In this document: one piece after another, positions 38,774-51,180 of the stretch
Layout of the letters: each line of letters opens with the position of its first letter
How positions within the stretch are numbered: the stretch's first letter is position 1
Source of the DNA: Vicugna vicugna
Lineage: Eukaryota
Direction: 5' to 3'
Length of the DNA stretch: 64,000 nt
NCBI GenBank assembly: GCA_013265495.1
Contig: MU058424.1
Location: 1-64,000 of the forward strand
Program-made: the position numbers and the translations under genes
Notes under the pieces: generated by a model
What the model saw: only the letters and a program-made list of their open reading frames with translations
Told to the model about the DNA's origin: nothing
Databases searched by the model: none

Positions 38774-39144
38774 TGGATAGGTTTGCTAGGGTTGCTGTGA
38801 CAGAACACCACAGACTAGTGGTTTAAGCAACAGACGTATCATTTTCTCACAAGTCAGAGATCAAAGTGCCAGCAGAACTGGTTTCTCCCAAGCCCTCTCT
38901 ATGGCTTCCAGAGAGCTGTCCCCTTGCTGCATCTTCACATGGTTCTCCCTTATGGTGTCTCTTTTTGTGTCCAAAGTTCCTTTTATGAAGACACCAGTAA
39001 TTGGATTAAGGCTCAATCAACAGCCTCATTTTAATTTAATCCCCTCTTTAAAGGCTCTATCTCCATATACAGTGAAGTTCTGAGTTAAAGGGGTTAGGGT
39101 TTCAATATATGAACTTGGAGGGGGACATAATTCAGCCTACAACA
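38774..39144 (-). mobile_element. MaLR solo LTR (MLT1A-C-like), nested
   Basis: 5-bp near-TSD aggcc/gggcc; ggggacataattcagcctacaaca terminus. Confidence 0.9.
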
Positions 39145-39539
39145 GGGCCCACGTGGCAGAGGACCGCAGGAGGCCTCAGTCCAACAACCTGTAAGAAGCC
39201 AAACCCTGCCAACGCCGTGTTAAGTAAGCTTAGAAGTGGCTCCTCCCCGAGGAGAGCCTTCTGAAGAGACGAAAGTCTTAGCCAAATGCCTGACTGGCTC
39301 TGATGAGTAAATGTGAGTCAGAGGCACCAAAGAATGTCAACACTAATGACACGAATGACCTACAGAAACCGTGAGATAATGAATCTTCCTTCTTTTAAGG
39401 ATTTAAATTTCAGGGGAATTTGTTATACAGCAAGACATAGCTAATGAGAGTGTGTAAACTATCACAAGAGTTTTTGTTTGTTTGGTGATCTTTTTTAGTG
39501 TGAAAGAAAGGAGTTTTTAGAGAAATTAGGACCAATGAG

Positions 39540-39680
39540 TGTGGTGGGTACCTTGGTGCACCACCCAGATTCCCACATCAGGTCTGAAGCACTCACTCTC
39601 CCAGCTACTGAGTGTGTTGGCTACTGACAGTGCACAGCTGTATCCCTCTAAAACGCTGCACTCAGCTGAAGGGCAGTTTT
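39540..39680 (+). mobile_element. ERVL LTR16-like fragment
   Basis: ggtgcaccacccagattccc...gcactcactctcccagctactgagtgtgttggc. Confidence 0.65.
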
Positions 39681-39969
39681 TTTGATGAGTCAAATCCTAC
39701 CTGTCTTCAAGTTGAATTTGAGCTTAGTGAGAACTGATGCACCTTCACAGAGATTCTGGCTTTTCAGAGTTTCCCACAGGGTCCCTAATAAGTGGGACAC
39801 AGACCAAAGGGACATAATATCATAAGTTGCATCTCATCTTTTCATGGTGCTCTGTACTCATCCTGGAAACCAATCCTTGCTTATCCTTGTCACAATATGT
39901 AAGACTTGGGGTAACAAGACAGAAGAGCTAGCTCTAGGAGAGGTGAATTTTATTTCTTGCTCTATCTAG

Positions 39970-40003
39970 GATAAAATACCCGTCATGGTTATACTAAACT
40001 CAG
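39970..40003 (+). pseudogene. Candidate exon, phase 0-1, DKIPVMVILNS
   Basis: ttatttcttgctctatctAG|g ... CAG|GTATGT; only this frame open. Confidence 0.7.
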
Positions 40004-40091
40004 GTATGTCACTGCTGGAGCTTCCAAGGGTGTTTCAGCTGCCTTAGAGAGGCCATTAGGGAGTGACAAATTAATAAGGCTGCCTTTCCAG

Positions 40092-40123
40092 ATTATCCCT
40101 TGCAAAGATATTATTTAAATCAG
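40092..40123 (+). pseudogene. Candidate exon, phase 1-0, (D)YPLQRYYLNQ
   Basis: 88-nt GT-AG intron from previous exon; gcctttccAG|a ... CAG|GTAAAA. Confidence 0.7.
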
Positions 40124-40607
40124 GTAAAAGCAATTAAAACTGGATCACGAGCATCCATCTCAGTGATGACCATCCTAATTTTGATCCTCCTTCCCAAAAA
40201 AAACACAACAAAATAGGGCATTTCTGGAAGATCAAAAAATTATCTTTTCTTGGACGGGAAAGAAGCAGATTTTTTTAAAACAGGAACTAAGAAATTGAGA
40301 ATTGATTCAAATCATCTATGTTGTCAGGAAAACTGAATCTTTTAAAATTCATAATCACTTTTATTTGTGAGCTCTATATTCAGCAACTATCAGCACTCCA
40401 CAATCTCAGTTTTGGAAATGTCAAAGCTGAACTGCAGACACTTAGCTACACCAGTAAGCTACAATCTAAGCAGAAAAACTAATTTTTAATAACACGATCA
40501 TCCAGTGGTGTAATAGACTGGCATGCTCTGAGAAAGTCATCGCATAGTGCTAGATGTTTCTGTGCTGCATTAGGGGAGCTGTCAGCGTGTACAGATAATG
40601 GCACCAA

Positions 40608-41711
40608 AAAAACTACAGAGCTAAAGTAATCAAGACAGTGCGGTATTAGCACAAAAACAAACGTATGGTCAATGGAACAGAATAGAGAGCCCAGAAATAA
40701 ACCCACAGATCTACAGTCACTTGGTCTTTGACAAAGGAGACAAGAATATACAATGGAGAACAGTCTCTTTAGCAAGTGGTGTTGGGAATCCTGGGCAGCT
40801 GCATGTAAATCAGTACATAGAACACTCCCTCACACCGTACACAAAAATGAACTCAGAATGGCTTCAAGACTTAAATATAAGACAAGACACCATATACCTC
40901 CTGACAGAAAACATAGGCAAAACATTCCCTGACATAAGCCTTGGTTGTGTTCTCCTATGACAGGCAATAGAAATAAAGGCAAAAATTAATGAATGGGTCC
41001 TAATTAAACTTATAAGCTTTTGCACAATGAAGGAAACAATAAGCAAGACAAAATGACAACCTACGGAATGGAAGAAAATACTTGCAAATAATGCAACTGC
41101 CAAAGGCTTAACTTCCAAAATATAAATAGCTCATATAGCGTAATAACAACAACAACAACTAAACAACTCAATCCAAGAATGGGCAGAAGACTCAAACAAG
41201 CAATTCTCTAGTGACGACATACAAATGGTCAATAGGCACTTGAAAAAAATGCCCAATATCGTTAAATGTCAGAGAAATACAAATCAAAGCTACAATGATG
41301 CATCACCTCACATCAGTCAGAATGGCCATCATCAAACAGTCCCCAAACAATAAATGCTGGAGAGGCTGTAAGGAAGAGGTAACCCCTCTTCCCTACCGGT
41401 GAGAATGTAGTTTGGTGCAGCCGTTATGGAAAATAGCATGGAGATTCCTTAAAAAACTAAAAATAGACTTACCACATGATCCAGTAACCCCACTCCTGGG
41501 CATATATCTGGGGGGAACTCTAATTTGAAAAGACACATGCACTCCAATTTTCATAGCAGCACTATATACAATAATCAAGATATGGAAGCAAACAAAATGT
41601 CCATCAGCAGATGACTGGATAGAAGTTGTGGTATATTTATACAATGCAATACTACTCAGCAATAAAAATAATAAAATAATGCCATTTGCAGCAACATGGA
41701 TGGACTAGGAG
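40608..41711 (+). mobile_element. L1 ORF2 C-terminal fragment, truncated at both ends
   Basis: Runs from the aagtaatcaagacagtgcggta region to gcaacatggatggactag; no 3' UTR or poly-A. Confidence 0.92.
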
Positions 41712-42073
41712 CTTTGTTTTTGATTTTGAATAATCAAATTGTTTATGTAATATCTATGCAGTTAGGAAGCAAGTCATGCTTACATGAAACTACACAAGGT
41801 CCATTTTACTAGGAAATCAAATGAACTGTCAGCTTGTACTATCTTTAGAGATTGCACATTTTCTGGGAATTGATTTCAACGTAAATAATAGAATGATGAA
41901 TCAGTGATGGAGAATATCACAGGAGAAAGTCTGTAAGTCAGAGCAAGCATTACCGAGAGAAGGATGGAAAGGAACTAAGAAAAAATCAAGAGTCCAACCT
42001 GGAAGCTAAAAGAATGTAAAAATTTTGGTGGTAGTGCAAAATTGAATTTGAAAATAGTTACTTAAGTTTTCAG

Positions 42074-42118
42074 GCATCTATAGTTGTTTCTTTTGTCATA
42101 AACATCATGTACTTGTAA
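42074..42118 (+). pseudogene. Candidate last (or next) coding exon, phase 0, ASIVVSFVINIMYL*
   Basis: taagtttttcAG|gca; TAA at 42116; AATAAA downstream at 42716. Confidence 0.4.
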
Positions 42119-43108
42119 TATTACTTAGCTTTAGTACTACGTGCTTTAGAAGATGTTCCTTCTGTTCCACTGTTTCATCAGTCTATTTTGCCCTTATCAA
42201 AACATGGTCCCACCATTTTGCATAAAGTGGACGAGTGGAGGCAGAATTTTAATACACACTATTGTCTCAATATTTCATTTGGGACAATATCTAGATACAT
42301 TAATATATTCAATCTTAGACACCTGGCACAATATTTGATTCTTGAAACTCAAAGCAACAAAATCTTAAACTTACACATTTCTATGCAAAGCGAATTGCTT
42401 AGGCAAAAAATCTCAACTATTAGAGAATGTGACAGGGCACCATTTAAATGTCTCCCCACAATTTTCTCTTGAGAAAAATGTCAGCACTGAGCTATGAATG
42501 AATTTTTCAGACTTAATGAATGTAAAGGATTAATTCTGGGCCTATGGCCACAATAAGGTAATAAGCATCATTAGCTCATGGACCTCGTCATTGGTAGCCT
42601 CATCACAAGTGAAGAAGTGAGAGACACATCCCAACACTGACACATTTTAGAAAAGAGCTACAATTCTTAATGGACTACATTTGTAATTATCAATTGATTT
42701 TATAGTCAAAGAGCAAATAAAGACATTAATTCAAAGTATGCATTAAATAAAAACAATTTGAGAGCTTGTTATCGCCTTACTTCTTCTGAACTGAAAAGCA
42801 TGATATATTATTCCGTAGTAATTTACAAATTTGCGGAATCTTTGTTCATTCCATAGCCTTGCCAAGGCTGGCTAAGAAGTTACGGTGTTCTAAATTATTT
42901 TGTTTATGTTTTGGTTTTGTAATTAATAAAGTAAATTAAAATTAATTTGTTTTGTTAATGTTTCTACATGTTTGTTGTTCAATGTCAGGGGTTATTAGAG
43001 CTATAACCTTTTTGCAGCCCATGCTTAACAGAAAATGAAATACATGAAACTTCTCTGCTTTTCTTGTATTTTTACCCACAGAGGAAGCCGTTCCCTCTTC
43101 CTCTAACT

Positions 43109-43418
43109 CACTGGTTCTCAAAATGTGTTATGTTGTTAGAAAATTATAGTATTTGATTAATAATCATTTATACTTGTAATATTTATATATTTAAAAATAA
43201 CTTTAGATAAAATAACCATGTTGAACCCATGATTTCAAACACATCGCTGCTTAGGATAAAGATAAATTTTTAAATGACTTACTTTAATATTGAATTAAAC
43301 TATGTAAAAAGTAATACATAAACATGACATAATTCTACATAAATATTGGTATGAGTGATATTCACTTATGGCAGAAAAATTATACAAATTGCAGGACAGT
43401 AAAGACTGAGAAACACTA
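43109..43418. mobile_element. hAT-Charlie type MITE
   Basis: Degenerate TIRs cactggttctca / tgagaaacacta. Confidence 0.6.
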
Positions 43419-44322
43419 TTCTACTTGTCTTGACTATTTAAAGTTATATTTAATTTGTGTTCATCCCTCAAGTCACCCATTCAGAGGCTGAGAAAGACTG
43501 GGTGCAATTCCACTTCTTATGCACAACTGGGAGGGCCAGAGTGATCATGTGGAAAGGGGGGTTGTTATAGTTACAGGTCTGAGAGTTTTAAAATGTGTGT
43601 AGAATTAAAGAATCATTAAACCTCTCAGAGTAATTCTTGCAAATGCAACAAATCAAATTTACAAATGAAATAAATCTTTAGTACTCAACTACTGCATGCC
43701 CATAATCAAATTATCTAATATCTTACAAATTAAAATATCATGTCTTGATTCAATTCCATATTTCTAATTGAAATCACTTGTAGGAAAAAAAATGCTTCAA
43801 CAATGTACCTCTGGAGGACAGTCCTCCAAATTGTCTGAATTCAGCTTTCCATCATCTTTGACCTATTTTGCAAGTCTGCACATTGTAGGTGACTGCTATA
43901 CTCTGAAAGTTTGTGTCCTCCTCAAATTCATATATTGAGAAAAAACTCCAAGGCAATAACGTAGGAGGTGGGGACTTGGAGAGGTGACTGGGTCATAGGA
44001 ATAGAGCCCTCATGAATGAAATTAGTGATCCAATAAAAGCAGCCTTGCCCATTCCACCATGTGAACTTACAATGAAAAGATGATGGTCTAGGTACCCAGT
44101 GCTTTGATGTTGGACTTCCCAGGGTTTAGGACTGTAAAAAATAAATTTCTGTTGTTTATAAGCTACCCAGTTTACGGTATTTTTTTGTGAATGAAAAATA
44201 TTGCCTGCCATATCAGTAAACAAAGGTTGCTGTGGCCATCAAGTCATCGGCCACTACTGCCACCCCTGACAGTGAGCAGTGGGAATGCAAGATGGAGATA
44301 AGCATATATATATTTTATATAT

Positions 44323-44324
<2 letters not shown>

Positions 44325-44365
<41 letters not shown>

Positions 44366-44380
44366 TGTGTGTGTGTGTGT
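44325..44380. repeat. (TG)n microsatellite
   Basis: Direct reading; one TA interruption. Confidence 0.98.
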
Positions 44381-46120
44381 AGTGCTGCTATGAACATTAG
44401 GGTACATGTATCTTTTTGAATTAGAATTCCCTGTGGAGCTTTATTATATTGTGGGATAAACATGTTTTTCTGTGGAACGCTTTCCTTGCTTGGATTATAA
44501 GACAGGCATATAGATCTGACCCTCAGGAAAGACTAATTAAATACACTAAAGGAAACCAATAGGGTTACCTGAGCTGTACAATATAAAGTAAAACTGGGAA
44601 CTAATATTCAAGGGTTAATAAAAATAATAATAGATATTTCTCTGGGTTTAACTTGTAAACTCAGAAAGAGAGCCTTTGTTGATTGCCTTATGCAAGCTTT
44701 TGAAGGCATGAAAAATTAAACCCTACAGTTCTAGAACATAGGACTTTTTATTTAGAAATCTCACTGATCACAGAAAAGCAAATTTAAAACTATAGAGTTG
44801 GACATAACAATTTTTCAATATCCCTTAGGTGACAGACCAGATCTTTGGGGACTAAAAAGCAACTGTTTTTGTCTTACAAATCGATACAAATCAGAAATGT
44901 AAGTAAAGCAATGACGTGAGACTGAGTCTAATTATCTCAGGCAGGTAAAACCGAAAACCAAGGAAAATTTGGGGCATTTTAAAACTCAAATTGCTGTAAA
45001 GTCTCCCTCAGACTTCATCAAGGACAAGTACGAATTTTAAAGGCTTTTCCATAATTAGTAAGCCTTAGTGATCTGAGCAAACAAATTCAATTTATTCCAA
45101 CTGTTATTTATACACTAGTACATTTGTATTGTAATACCTAATTCATAACTAAGGTGTAGAGTGAAACTATGAAATCTCTAGTTTGTCTGTTCATGTGTGT
45201 GTGTACACATTATACATATGCCTCTATCTCTAGAAAATATTATCAAAATTAAATTCATAAAAAACACAATTTAACTGACTTAAAAGTAAGTGCTTACAAA
45301 CTGAATACTTCTAAAATTAAATAAAACAATGGCCAAAGTGGCTTTCAGATTCACATGAACTGAAAAATATTCCATATTAAGTTTATACTTGATATTAAAG
45401 TTAGTGTAAGTTATTTGATCTAATTAACACAAAGTCTTTAGAGTCATCAACATTAAGTATAATACTATTATTATACATAACTTTAATGGAAGTCAGATAA
45501 GAACTTGTTACATCTGTTACATATTTGTCAGCAAAAAATAACGGTGTGATAAAATTCATATAAGTAAATTAATTGCAAATAAGATAAGAGTTTTGGGTGA
45601 AGTTTTTACAAATGATAGTCTTTTAGGAATACCTGCTTGAAGTAATCTCTCCAAAAATTAGGCAATTTAAGATTCTAGAGTTGTGCTAAATTAAGTTAAA
45701 TGTTGGAAGTTTATTGAATAGCTAGGTCATTCCCAAAGAAAAAATATTACTGAACATGGGCTTCCCTTTACAGAGAAACTAAAGATATTTAGGACTGTAT
45801 GTTTGCTTCCACCCTGAGATATTTTCTATAAGAAAGCACATGTTTTTAGAAATCATTGGTATTTATGTTTAGCAATCTACAGAACACTAACATAGAAAAT
45901 TCATAATTGCTTATTTTCTAGTTTTCACTGGACATAAAGGATTTCAAGAGTTGAGGGTTCTAATTGAAATATGTAATTAAAGCTGCTACAAATAATGAAG
46001 AACACATTTCTGTATACAGTAGGAAAGTAAGACGTACATTGTAAACAAAAGAAGGTAGGAAGAACGGAATTACGTTTTGTTAAGGGAAAAGAATTGGTTG
46101 TTCCTAAATAGATAAAATAA

Positions 46121-46765
46121 TGTTGCTGGTGGATGCAACCGGTGTTCCAGGTTCTTGTCCCATCCCAGAAAGAATTCAGAGACAAGAGGTAGTGGTTAAA
46201 AAAAGTAAAGTGAGAATTTATTAAAGGGTGGACGGTACACTCTCAAGGGGAGAGTGGGCAGGCTCAGGTGGGCGGCTGCCCTGAGTTTCTTTGGCAAGTT
46301 GGTTACACAGGGTGTAGAAATGAATAGGTGGAATATTCATTGGGGATGGAAGGGTTTGGGGTCATATTCCCTGATTATCATCCCAACTCCACCTTCCCAA
46401 AGGGAGGAGGGATTTTTGTCCTTATTTAGTCTGGATCGGAAGTGTCATGGTGTCCATGCATGATGTGTACTTCTGACCTGCAAGGCTAATTTTATTGATA
46501 TGAGGGCATAATGAGCAAAGGTTACGTTCAGACACTGGAGATTCCTGCCTTTTCTGACCTTTCTTTGCCTGTCCCCAGGCCAAAAGGTGTGGCCCCTTAT
46601 CAGCCCAAAGGTTCCTGCTTCTCTCTCTCTGCCCAGGGACCCCTGGTGCTTCCATGATGTATGTTTTCCTGCACTTGGTTTGTGCCCCTCCTTTCTGCCC
46701 AATCCCTGCCATTGGTCTGTGTCCCCCTTTCTCTGCTCATATCTAGCTCTCTGCCTTCTCTACCA
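46121..46765 (-). mobile_element. Younger GC-richer solo LTR nested in ERV interior
   Basis: TG...CA ends, antisense AATAAA (tttatt ~46217), sharp composition shift. Confidence 0.8.
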
Positions 46766-48944
46766 GAGGGACAAAATAATATGGATACAGAAAGCAATGG
46801 AAGGTTTGTGAAGAAGGAATCCTGAGAAAAGAGTTTTGTCACAGTCAGGATTGACTAAATTTAGATTTAATTTAATTAAGAAAGTGAATTTTGTGGTTAA
46901 AAAGTAAGCTGGTACAAGACTGTGGTTTGATTCTCTGTTAGGAGAACAAAGCCTCTTCAGAATGCTGCTTTTGATAACAGATTGTGTGAGTTTATGCGCC
47001 TTTATGGGATTTGTGTCTGTCTTTTGCAACCTTTGTCACTTTGGTTGCGTGAATAAGTATTGTTTCACAGTGACTTCATGTGTTTTAAAACTTTTTGATA
47101 TTTTTAACACTTCTCAAATATCAAGTTCTAACTAAAGTTCTTAACCTCCAATTAACTCTCAGACGCTTGCTTCAAAGAAACCCTGAGTCATCTCAGAGAG
47201 GAATGTTAAACTAATTAGACATATTTGGTATGTTAAATTACTCAAGAAACATTGTCAAGTGATTAAAGATGAACCTTAAGTTATATTGAATGGATAAAAG
47301 TTATTAAAAGAGATATTACAAATTTCTTTGGAATTCCTAAAAATCTGATCTGTCCTGGTACACCACTGCTACCAGTCGTAAATCTGGTGATCATAAAATG
47401 CTCTATGTCACAGAAATATCCAAGTTGCTTGTCAATTGCCTTGTAATCAAATCTTTAACAACACCATTTTAAGTCCTGTCATATATAAACAATCACTGTT
47501 TTACTCTGATGCTTTTATAAGATGAAGATTTTTTGGAAGATTCATAAAAAGGGACTTTTTAATAAATATAAGTTTCCCATAAATTTTACACCATACTACT
47601 GAACTGGGTAAATCACAAATTTCTAGCAGAAAACCTGATGATTAAATCCAGATCAACAAGAATTAATCACATAGGACTGAATGAACTGATAAATATGATT
47701 TATAACCTTACGGCTTTTTTGAGAAATATACTGGCCTTCAATCTTTATTTGTCAGAAAACCTTTTCTCTTATGCTATGATCTGCAATAAGTTGACAAAGT
47801 ATGCCTTTGTAAACAAGGATGAAACATTTATCTTTTTCTCTCTCTGCCTGATCCTTCCAGAATTTGGCTTCTCCAGCTGGCTCTTCTGTGGACTTGATGG
47901 TTGTCATAATCAAATTATAACTAATTATACTAATCATTGTTTTACTCTGTTCTTTGTTTCCAAATTGTTACACTTTTGCGACTTTATTAATGTTACTGGC
48001 TGTATTACCCATATCCTGTTTATTTTATAAGATTGTTGTCTCTTACTTTACTCAATATGTAACCAGGCCTCTGACAAAATTGATGATGGCTAAACACTTT
48101 AAGGAAACAGATCACATTTTTAACTCTCCATAAATAATTGTAATCATGTGATTTGAGGTATGGAAAGAAGCAACAAGAGAAAACATTTCCTGAATCAAAA
48201 CAGATAGTAAGACAGGCAATCCAGATAATTTTTTAGATTATCAGCAGGGCCTGATCCAAACATCGGTGCCTTGAGAGGCATATCAACAGAATCTTCTGAC
48301 CTGGGAGGGAGCCTTCCTAGAATTGTGGGGTGAAAATTGGTCGTGAAGTGTCTCCCAATATATTGGTTGAATTTAGGACCAAAGGGGAGCACTGTGAATG
48401 AAAAATATTGCCAGCCATATCAGTCAACAAAGGATGCTGCAGCCATCAAGTCATCAGCCAGTACCACCGCCCCTGACAGTGAGCGTAGGGAGCTCAGGAA
48501 GGAGACAGATAGGCAGGCTGGTCCATCATCCTCTACACAGAAAAGTATTAAACGCCTTAACTTTTTTATTTGATGTTATTATAGCATCAGGAATAGACTA
48601 AGACAGTAACTGACAGCAATGACAGATAATTCTTACTATAGACATGCACATTCCGTTCTGCCTGTAAGAGTTTCAACTGCTTTCCCTCCCACCCTTTCTC
48701 AAAAAACAAACAAACAAGTTATTATATATTCCTGATCTATAAATATATGTCTTCAAATACTTTGTACTGATTATACTTTGTACTGATTATAACACATATG
48801 TCTAGTTCCTCAATGACTAAGGACTAGAATAAAATTTTAACATGTGTGCATTTTTTGTGTCTATATGAAAGTCCCAGTTTTACCTGTTTTCTGAAAATTA
48901 TCTTCTAGCAAACTATTGACTGATTTTTTCAAACAATGAAAAGA

Positions 48945-49795
48945 CAGGCATTCCTCAGAGATATTGCAAGTTTAGTTCCAGACCACTACAATAAAGTGAA
49001 TACCATAATAAATCAAGTCCATACAATTTTTTGGTATCTCAGTGCATCTAAAAGTTACCTTTATTTTTTTTTAATTGAAGTATAGTTAGTTTACAATGTT
49101 GTGTTAATTTCTGGTATACAGCATAGTGATTTAAATATATATATATATATTCACACACATATACACACATACATATACATATTCCTTTTCATATTATTTT
49201 TTATTATAGGCTATTGTATGGTATCGAATATAGCTCCCTGTGCTATACAGTGGGATCTTGCTATTTATCTATTTTATGTATTGTAGTTAGTATTTGCAAA
49301 TCCTGAACTCCCAATTTATCCTTTCACCAGCACCCCATTTCCCCCGGTAACCAAAATTTTGTTTTCTATGTCTGTGAGTCTGTCTCTGTTTTGTAAATAA
49401 ATTCATTTGTGTCATTTTTTTAGACCCCACATATAAGTGATATCACTACACTATACTGTAGACTATTAAATGTATAGTAGCATTATGTCTAAAAAATGCA
49501 CATACCTTATTTTAAAAAATCATTTATTGTTAAAAAATGCTAACCATCATTTGAGCCGTCAGTGAGTCATAGCAGTAGCATCAAAGATTACTGGTCACAG
49601 ATCACAAAACAAACACGGTAATAATGAAAAAGTTTGAAATATTGCAATAATTACCAAAATGTGACACAGGGACACAAAGTGAGCAAATGCTGCTGGAAAA
49701 ATGTCACAGATAGATTTGGTCAAATCAAGTTGCCACAGATTTTCAATGTAAAAAAATGCAACATCTGTGAGGCACAATCAAATGAAGTTTGTCTG
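48945..49795 (+). mobile_element. Tigger1 internally deleted copy
   Basis: caggcattcctcagagatattgcaagtttagttccagaccact start and gtttgtctg end. Confidence 0.9.
49062..49446 (-). mobile_element. Young L1 3' UTR nested in Tigger1
   Basis: Poly-T tail plus the common 3' UTR family sequence. Confidence 0.9.
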
Positions 49796-49916
49796 TGCAA
49801 AATCACAGTGATTATCTCAATGAATACAAAATTTATTCCTAGAAATAAAACCATATTTAACTTAAAAAGTATTTAAACAATGGGTCAGTTCTGTGGTTTT
49901 CAAATTTTAGTATGCC

Positions 49917-50483
49917 TGAAGGAGAATTAATAAAATGGCCACACTTAGGCTGATTGCTTATTCTTATTTTTGCCCTTAGAACAGTCAACAAACCTGACCA
50001 ACTGGTTGCTACCCACAGCTCCAGTTAAAACTAAAGCTATTGATCTGACTTTCTACTTTACTCCAGTAATTGAAAGTAACAATCATGCTTAGTCTCTTAG
50101 TCGTTCTCCAGGGAGAAGGTCACAGGACTGTCACCTTACAAAATGGGCTGAATTACCAAGAAGGCCACACCTTGGGTGCTTATGAGATAAAGAGATCTAA
50201 CTGATGGCCTCTGTAGAATTGATCCTCTGGAGGCATCATGGTGCCATTCTGTCTTCTGATGGGAAAATGATTCTGCTGATGGTTATCGATGCTTTATTTG
50301 AGCTATGGCTGTATAGCCACCCAACCCATCCCCAAGGGGGGTTCACAGTTGTGAAGGCACTACCCTGCTGGGAGTCCCCTTTGCCCCACAAAGCAATAAA
50401 GCTGCCTCTTTTCTTCTAAGCTCCACGGTCTTGTCTCTGGCTTATTCAGCTCATCAGGAATGGGGGCCAATCTTTTAGCAACA
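49917..50483 (+). mobile_element. Solo LTR, ERV1-like
   Basis: TG...AACA ends, near-TSD tgcc/tgtc, AATAAA ~50395. Confidence 0.8.
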
Positions 50484-50489
50484 TGTCTG

Positions 50490-51180
50490 AGATTTATTGA
50501 GTGTTTTAAGGTCAAATACAAATAAAAATAATTAGCTTATTTTCCTCTCTTGATAACGAGGAAAGAGACCTCTCCTCTCCCTTTTCTGAGAGCATTGACT
50601 TTAGAAAGCTCGTACATGTAAGTTCTTTCTCTGTTCCTTTTAAGTGTGCAGTAGTCCCTTGGTATCCACAAGGGACTGGTTCAGGAATCCCTATGAATAT
50701 CAACATGCACGGATGTTTAAGTTCCTATATAAAAGGGTGTAGTATTTGCATATAATTTAAGCACATTCTTCTGTACTTTAAATTATCTCCAGATCACTTA
50801 TAAAACCTACAATGTACATGCTATGTAAATAGTTGCTGGGGTGGCAAGTCAAATTTTGCTCTTTGGAATTTTATGGATTTTTTTTTAACATCTTTGATCT
50901 GCAGTTAGTTGAATTCATGGATGCATAATGGGAGGATATGGAGGGCCAACTGTATATAAGTCTTTTTGAAAGCTGAATAAACCTCTTGGTTCCTCGCCAG
51001 AAATTCCTTTCCAAAGACCTTGGAGCCATCTCTTTGAAATGTAATCACCAAGGAAGACAGAGCCCCTGCCTGCCAGTCTTTGTGGGCTGGTAAAAGCCTG
51101 ACTTCTGCAGCGCCCTTGCTCCACCACCCATCATGAAAAATGAAATGTGTATTATGCCTCTTGTCAATATTGAACTTTCT
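50490..51180 (+). mobile_element. MER34/39-like ERV1 LTR fragment interrupted by MER2
   Basis: tgtaagttctttctctg...ggagccatctctttgaaatgtaatca motifs. Confidence 0.65.
50649..50952 (+). mobile_element. MER2 (Tigger MITE)
   Basis: cagtagtcccttggtatcc ... ggatatggagggccaactg TIRs. Confidence 0.9.

Larger units (their letters stand above)
38038..39450 (+). mobile_element. MaLR LTR (MLT1E/F-like) carrying two nested elements
   Basis: tgtggcaggcagcctccaggatgacccc start; ggggaatttgttatacagcaa end. Confidence 0.85.
6562..42118 (+). pseudogene. Candidate disrupted multi-micro-exon gene (17-18 exons), product unidentified; possible tandem ubiquitin-like domains
   Basis: Manual splice model; exons all lie in non-repeat islands; consecutive phases compatible; 8504-42118 chain totals 792 nt (264 codons) with in-frame stops at 17571 (TGA), 18994 (TGA), 27213 (TAA). 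Confidence 0.6.
44186..48578 (+). mobile_element. Non-autonomous ERV1-like provirus with two deleted LTRs
   Basis: Direct repeats tgtgaatgaaaaatattgcc... at 44186 and 48393 (10 mismatches in 92 nt); PPT aaaggggagc before the second; AT-rich non-coding interior. Confidence 0.85.
43894..48605 (+). mobile_element. MLT1A/B-like LTR split into 43894-44185 and ~48579-48605 by an ERV1 insertion
   Basis: MLT1 3' end ttatagc...gactaagaca resumes at ~48579; outer near-TSD gtgac/gtaac. Confidence 0.85.

Noticed and set aside
43082..43108. Strong acceptor tttttacccacAG at 43081 as a further exon
   Set aside because: Runs into a hAT MITE after 27 nt; no convincing frame or donor; cannot be excluded as an old or UTR exon
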